NCBI GenBank assembly: GCA_019058445.1
Contig: JAHPZA010000002.1
Location: forward strand, 64,001-128,000
DNA length: 64,000 bases
Direction of reading: 5' to 3'
Origin: Promethearchaeota archaeon
GTDB taxonomy: Archaea > Asgardarchaeota > Lokiarchaeia > Sigyniarchaeales > SOKP01
Shown: positions 61,984 through 64,000 of the stretch, one piece after another
Numbering within the stretch: the first letter of the stretch is position 1
How the letters are laid out: each line of letters begins with the position of its first letter
Notes under the pieces: model-generated
Databases searched by the model: none
What the model was told of the DNA's origin: nothing
Seen by the model: only the letters and a program-made list of their open reading frames with translations
Made by a program: the position numbers and the translations under genes

Positions 61984-62364
61984 TTATTTGGGAACTCCTC
62001 CTGCTCCTAGTTCAGAAAATTTTTTCAGGGTTGCATTTATACCATCATCAACAAGGTGATGTTGCGATTCATCTCTAATCATAGATTTTAAACGCCTTTT
62101 TAGAATTTCATTCAGTTCTTTAGCCACTTCAACAGCATTAGATCCTCTAGCTTCAATAGTAAAATCCAAACCAGGGTGATTTTTGTTCCACTCATTTATA
62201 GACAATAAAATGAATCCAGCAATTAAGTCTTTACTCAAAGGTATGTATTGTGAAGCTAATTCAGCGTAAAATTTAGTATTTTCCGTTTTTTCGATGGTTA
62301 GTTCAAGTGCAGAAATTTCTTTTTTAGCTTTATCTAACTTAGATTTTGACCAATTTATTGACAT
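61984..62364 (-). CDS. Hypothetical protein
   Basis: 126-aa ORF; no recognised motif. Confidence 0.6.
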   Translation of the reverse strand: MSINWSKSKLDKAKKEISALELTIEKTENTKFYAELASQYIPLSKDLIAGFILLSINEWNKNHPGLDFTIEARGSNAVEVAKELNEILKRRLKSMIRDESQHHLVDDGINATLKKFSELGAGGVPK

Positions 62365-62412
62365 AACATATTAATTATAAAATTAGTATTTATATTTCTT
62401 TTGCATTAAATT

Positions 62413-62490
62413 CTATTCAACTTTCTTTATTGTTAGGAGAGATTCCATATTGATATGGTTCGAAAGATCTTCAAGTTGCTTTCTTTTTTT
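62413..62490 (-). pseudogene. Diverged copy of the 3' end of the zinc-ribbon gene ending at 63765
   Basis: KKRKQLEDLSNHIN versus KKRMHNEDLSKYIS; 33/42 nt identical, with an exact 15-mer TTCGAAAGATCTTCA at 62459 and 63808. Confidence 0.7.
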
Positions 62491-62653
62491 TTTCCAATTT
62501 AACAGTTTTTATTATATATAGGAGAAATTGACTTAATTTATTAAATAAATGATTTACTCTAAAGACGTTGTAGAAAGACAGATTAACTTTTTTATGTTTT
62601 TATTCAATAAATAAGTAATGGAATATAACAAAATAATTTATTAAAATTTTAAA

Positions 62654-63778
62654 ATGAAATTAAGCATTTATGGTACAGATTTTTTAATACTTATAGGAAA
62701 AGCTTTAGAAAGAGATGGGCATTGTGTTTTTTTTAATGAGTTTTCTCCTGATATTGATTTGATAATTATACAAAGTATGAAACAAATGTATAAGGTTTAT
62801 AGACTATTAAAAAGTATTAGAAAAAATAAAATCAAAATTATTAATTTTGTATTAGACATTCCTCCCTACAGATTGGAAAAAAGAAAAGGTCCAAGATCCT
62901 TAATTAGAACTGAAAATCAATTGTTATTTGATGACCAAAGAGCCAATAATACACTATTTAAGTATTTTCATCAAACTCTTTTTCATATTGGTGCCAAATA
63001 TTTATTGTTAAGTAAAATCTTAGGTTGTTTTTATTTAAATTCAATGAAAGGTAGTGGAATTTCTAAGTTTTTCTCAAGATTTATTCTGAAAATATTTAAT
63101 AAAACTTATATTAATAGAATATCATATCAAATATTTTATCGGAATTTTTTAAAAAAATCGGATTTGATTTTATGTGTATCAAAATATACTCAATATTGCC
63201 TCAAAAAATTCTTGAAACTTGATAGCAAATTATGCTATCAATGTGTTGATTCAGACTTCTTATTAAGTTTAGAATTACCATTTGAAAGTAAATATGACGC
63301 AATAAGCATAGGGAGGTTTGTTGATCGCAAGAGGCATGAGATATTTGTCAAAGCTGCTAAAAAATTAAGATTGAAAATATTAGTGATTGGAAGTCCAGAG
63401 GAACCATGGATCAAATTAGATTGTCCTCGTCATTATTTCCATAATATACATGATGTTTGGAGAGAATTATCAAAAGCACATATCTTCGTTGATTGCTCTA
63501 TATTTGAAGGTTTTGGAATGCCTCCGATTGAAGCAGCATATTTGAATAAAATTGTAATCGCATCAGATACATTTATTCACAGAGAAATTATAGGAGATTA
63601 TGCGCTCTATTTTAAAAAGGAAGATGTTGATGATTTAGTAGATAAAATACAAGTAGTTCGAAATAGGCATTATACTATTAACAAAAGGGAACTACAAAAA
63701 ATTAAGGAAAAATACTCTATTCAAGAAGCAAAAAAAAGATTATTAAATTATATTGAATCAGAATTTAAAATTTCTTAG
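62654..63778 (+). CDS. GT4 (GT-B) glycosyltransferase
   Basis: CVSKYT, IGRFVDRK, EGFGMPPIEA and VIASD. Confidence 0.88.
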   Translation: MKLSIYGTDFLILIGKALERDGHCVFFNEFSPDIDLIIIQSMKQMYKVYRLLKSIRKNKIKIINFVLDIPPYRLEKRKGPRSLIRTENQLLFDDQRANNTLFKYFHQTLFHIGAKYLLLSKILGCFYLNSMKGSGISKFFSRFILKIFNKTYINRISYQIFYRNFLKKSDLILCVSKYTQYCLKKFLKLDSKLCYQCVDSDFLLSLELPFESKYDAISIGRFVDRKRHEIFVKAAKKLRLKILVIGSPEEPWIKLDCPRHYFHNIHDVWRELSKAHIFVDCSIFEGFGMPPIEAAYLNKIVIASDTFIHREIIGDYALYFKKEDVDDLVDKIQVVRNRHYTINKRELQKIKEKYSIQEAKKRLLNYIESEFKIS

Positions 63779-64000
63779 TTAACTGACTAATATCACTACT
63801 AATGTATTTCGAAAGATCTTCATTATGCATTCTTTTTTTAAATTCCTTTAGAATCGAAATTGCATCTTCTATTGAGCATTGTTTAGAGAATTTTGTTGAT
63901 TTTTGAAATTGGAAAGATCTATTACATTTCACACACTTTTTTGTTTTAATAAATCTATTAGTGTAATGCCACATACCACAGTGATAGCATCTAAAGAAAT
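63765..64000 (-). CDS. Zinc-ribbon protein (DUF1922-like), 5'-truncated by the window edge
   Basis: The frame is open to the edge: FFRCYHCGMWHY...KTKKCVKC. Confidence 0.6.
   Translation of the reverse strand, partial: FFRCYHCGMWHYTNRFIKTKKCVKCNRSFQFQKSTKFSKQCSIEDAISILKEFKKRMHNEDLSKYISSDISQLTKKF

Overview
AT-rich archaeal chromosomal segment, almost certainly from an Asgard archaeon of the Lokiarchaeia type. It encodes a lokiactin-like actin, two Rab-like GTPases, a gelsolin-like domain protein, an SDS22-type LRR protein and a PPP phosphatase, among housekeeping genes (mutS/mutL, hef, rpo6, EF-1beta, LSm, RIO2, PAN, por and ior operons, tldD/pmbA). No integrase, transposase or CRISPR array is visible. 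Signals beyond the ORF track: (1) four intergenic scars that are diverged copies of one end of a neighbouring gene (enoyl-CoA hydratase, iorB, actin, a zinc-ribbon gene), three of which bracket a single cargo gene, suggesting repeated gene gain by homology-anchored recombination; (2) tRNA-Val(CAC) split by two BHB introns at non-canonical positions 28/29 and 44/45; (3) a circularly permuted ATP-grasp ligase plus M14-type peptidase pair, a candidate peptide-tag writer/eraser; (4) an unannotated 40-codon signal-peptide ORF; (5) a membrane-anchored gelsolin-like protein; (6) three conserved genes that appear to need non-ATG/GTG/TTG start codons; (7) a decayed virus-like pseudogene. All family assignments come from motif recognition by eye; no searches were run.
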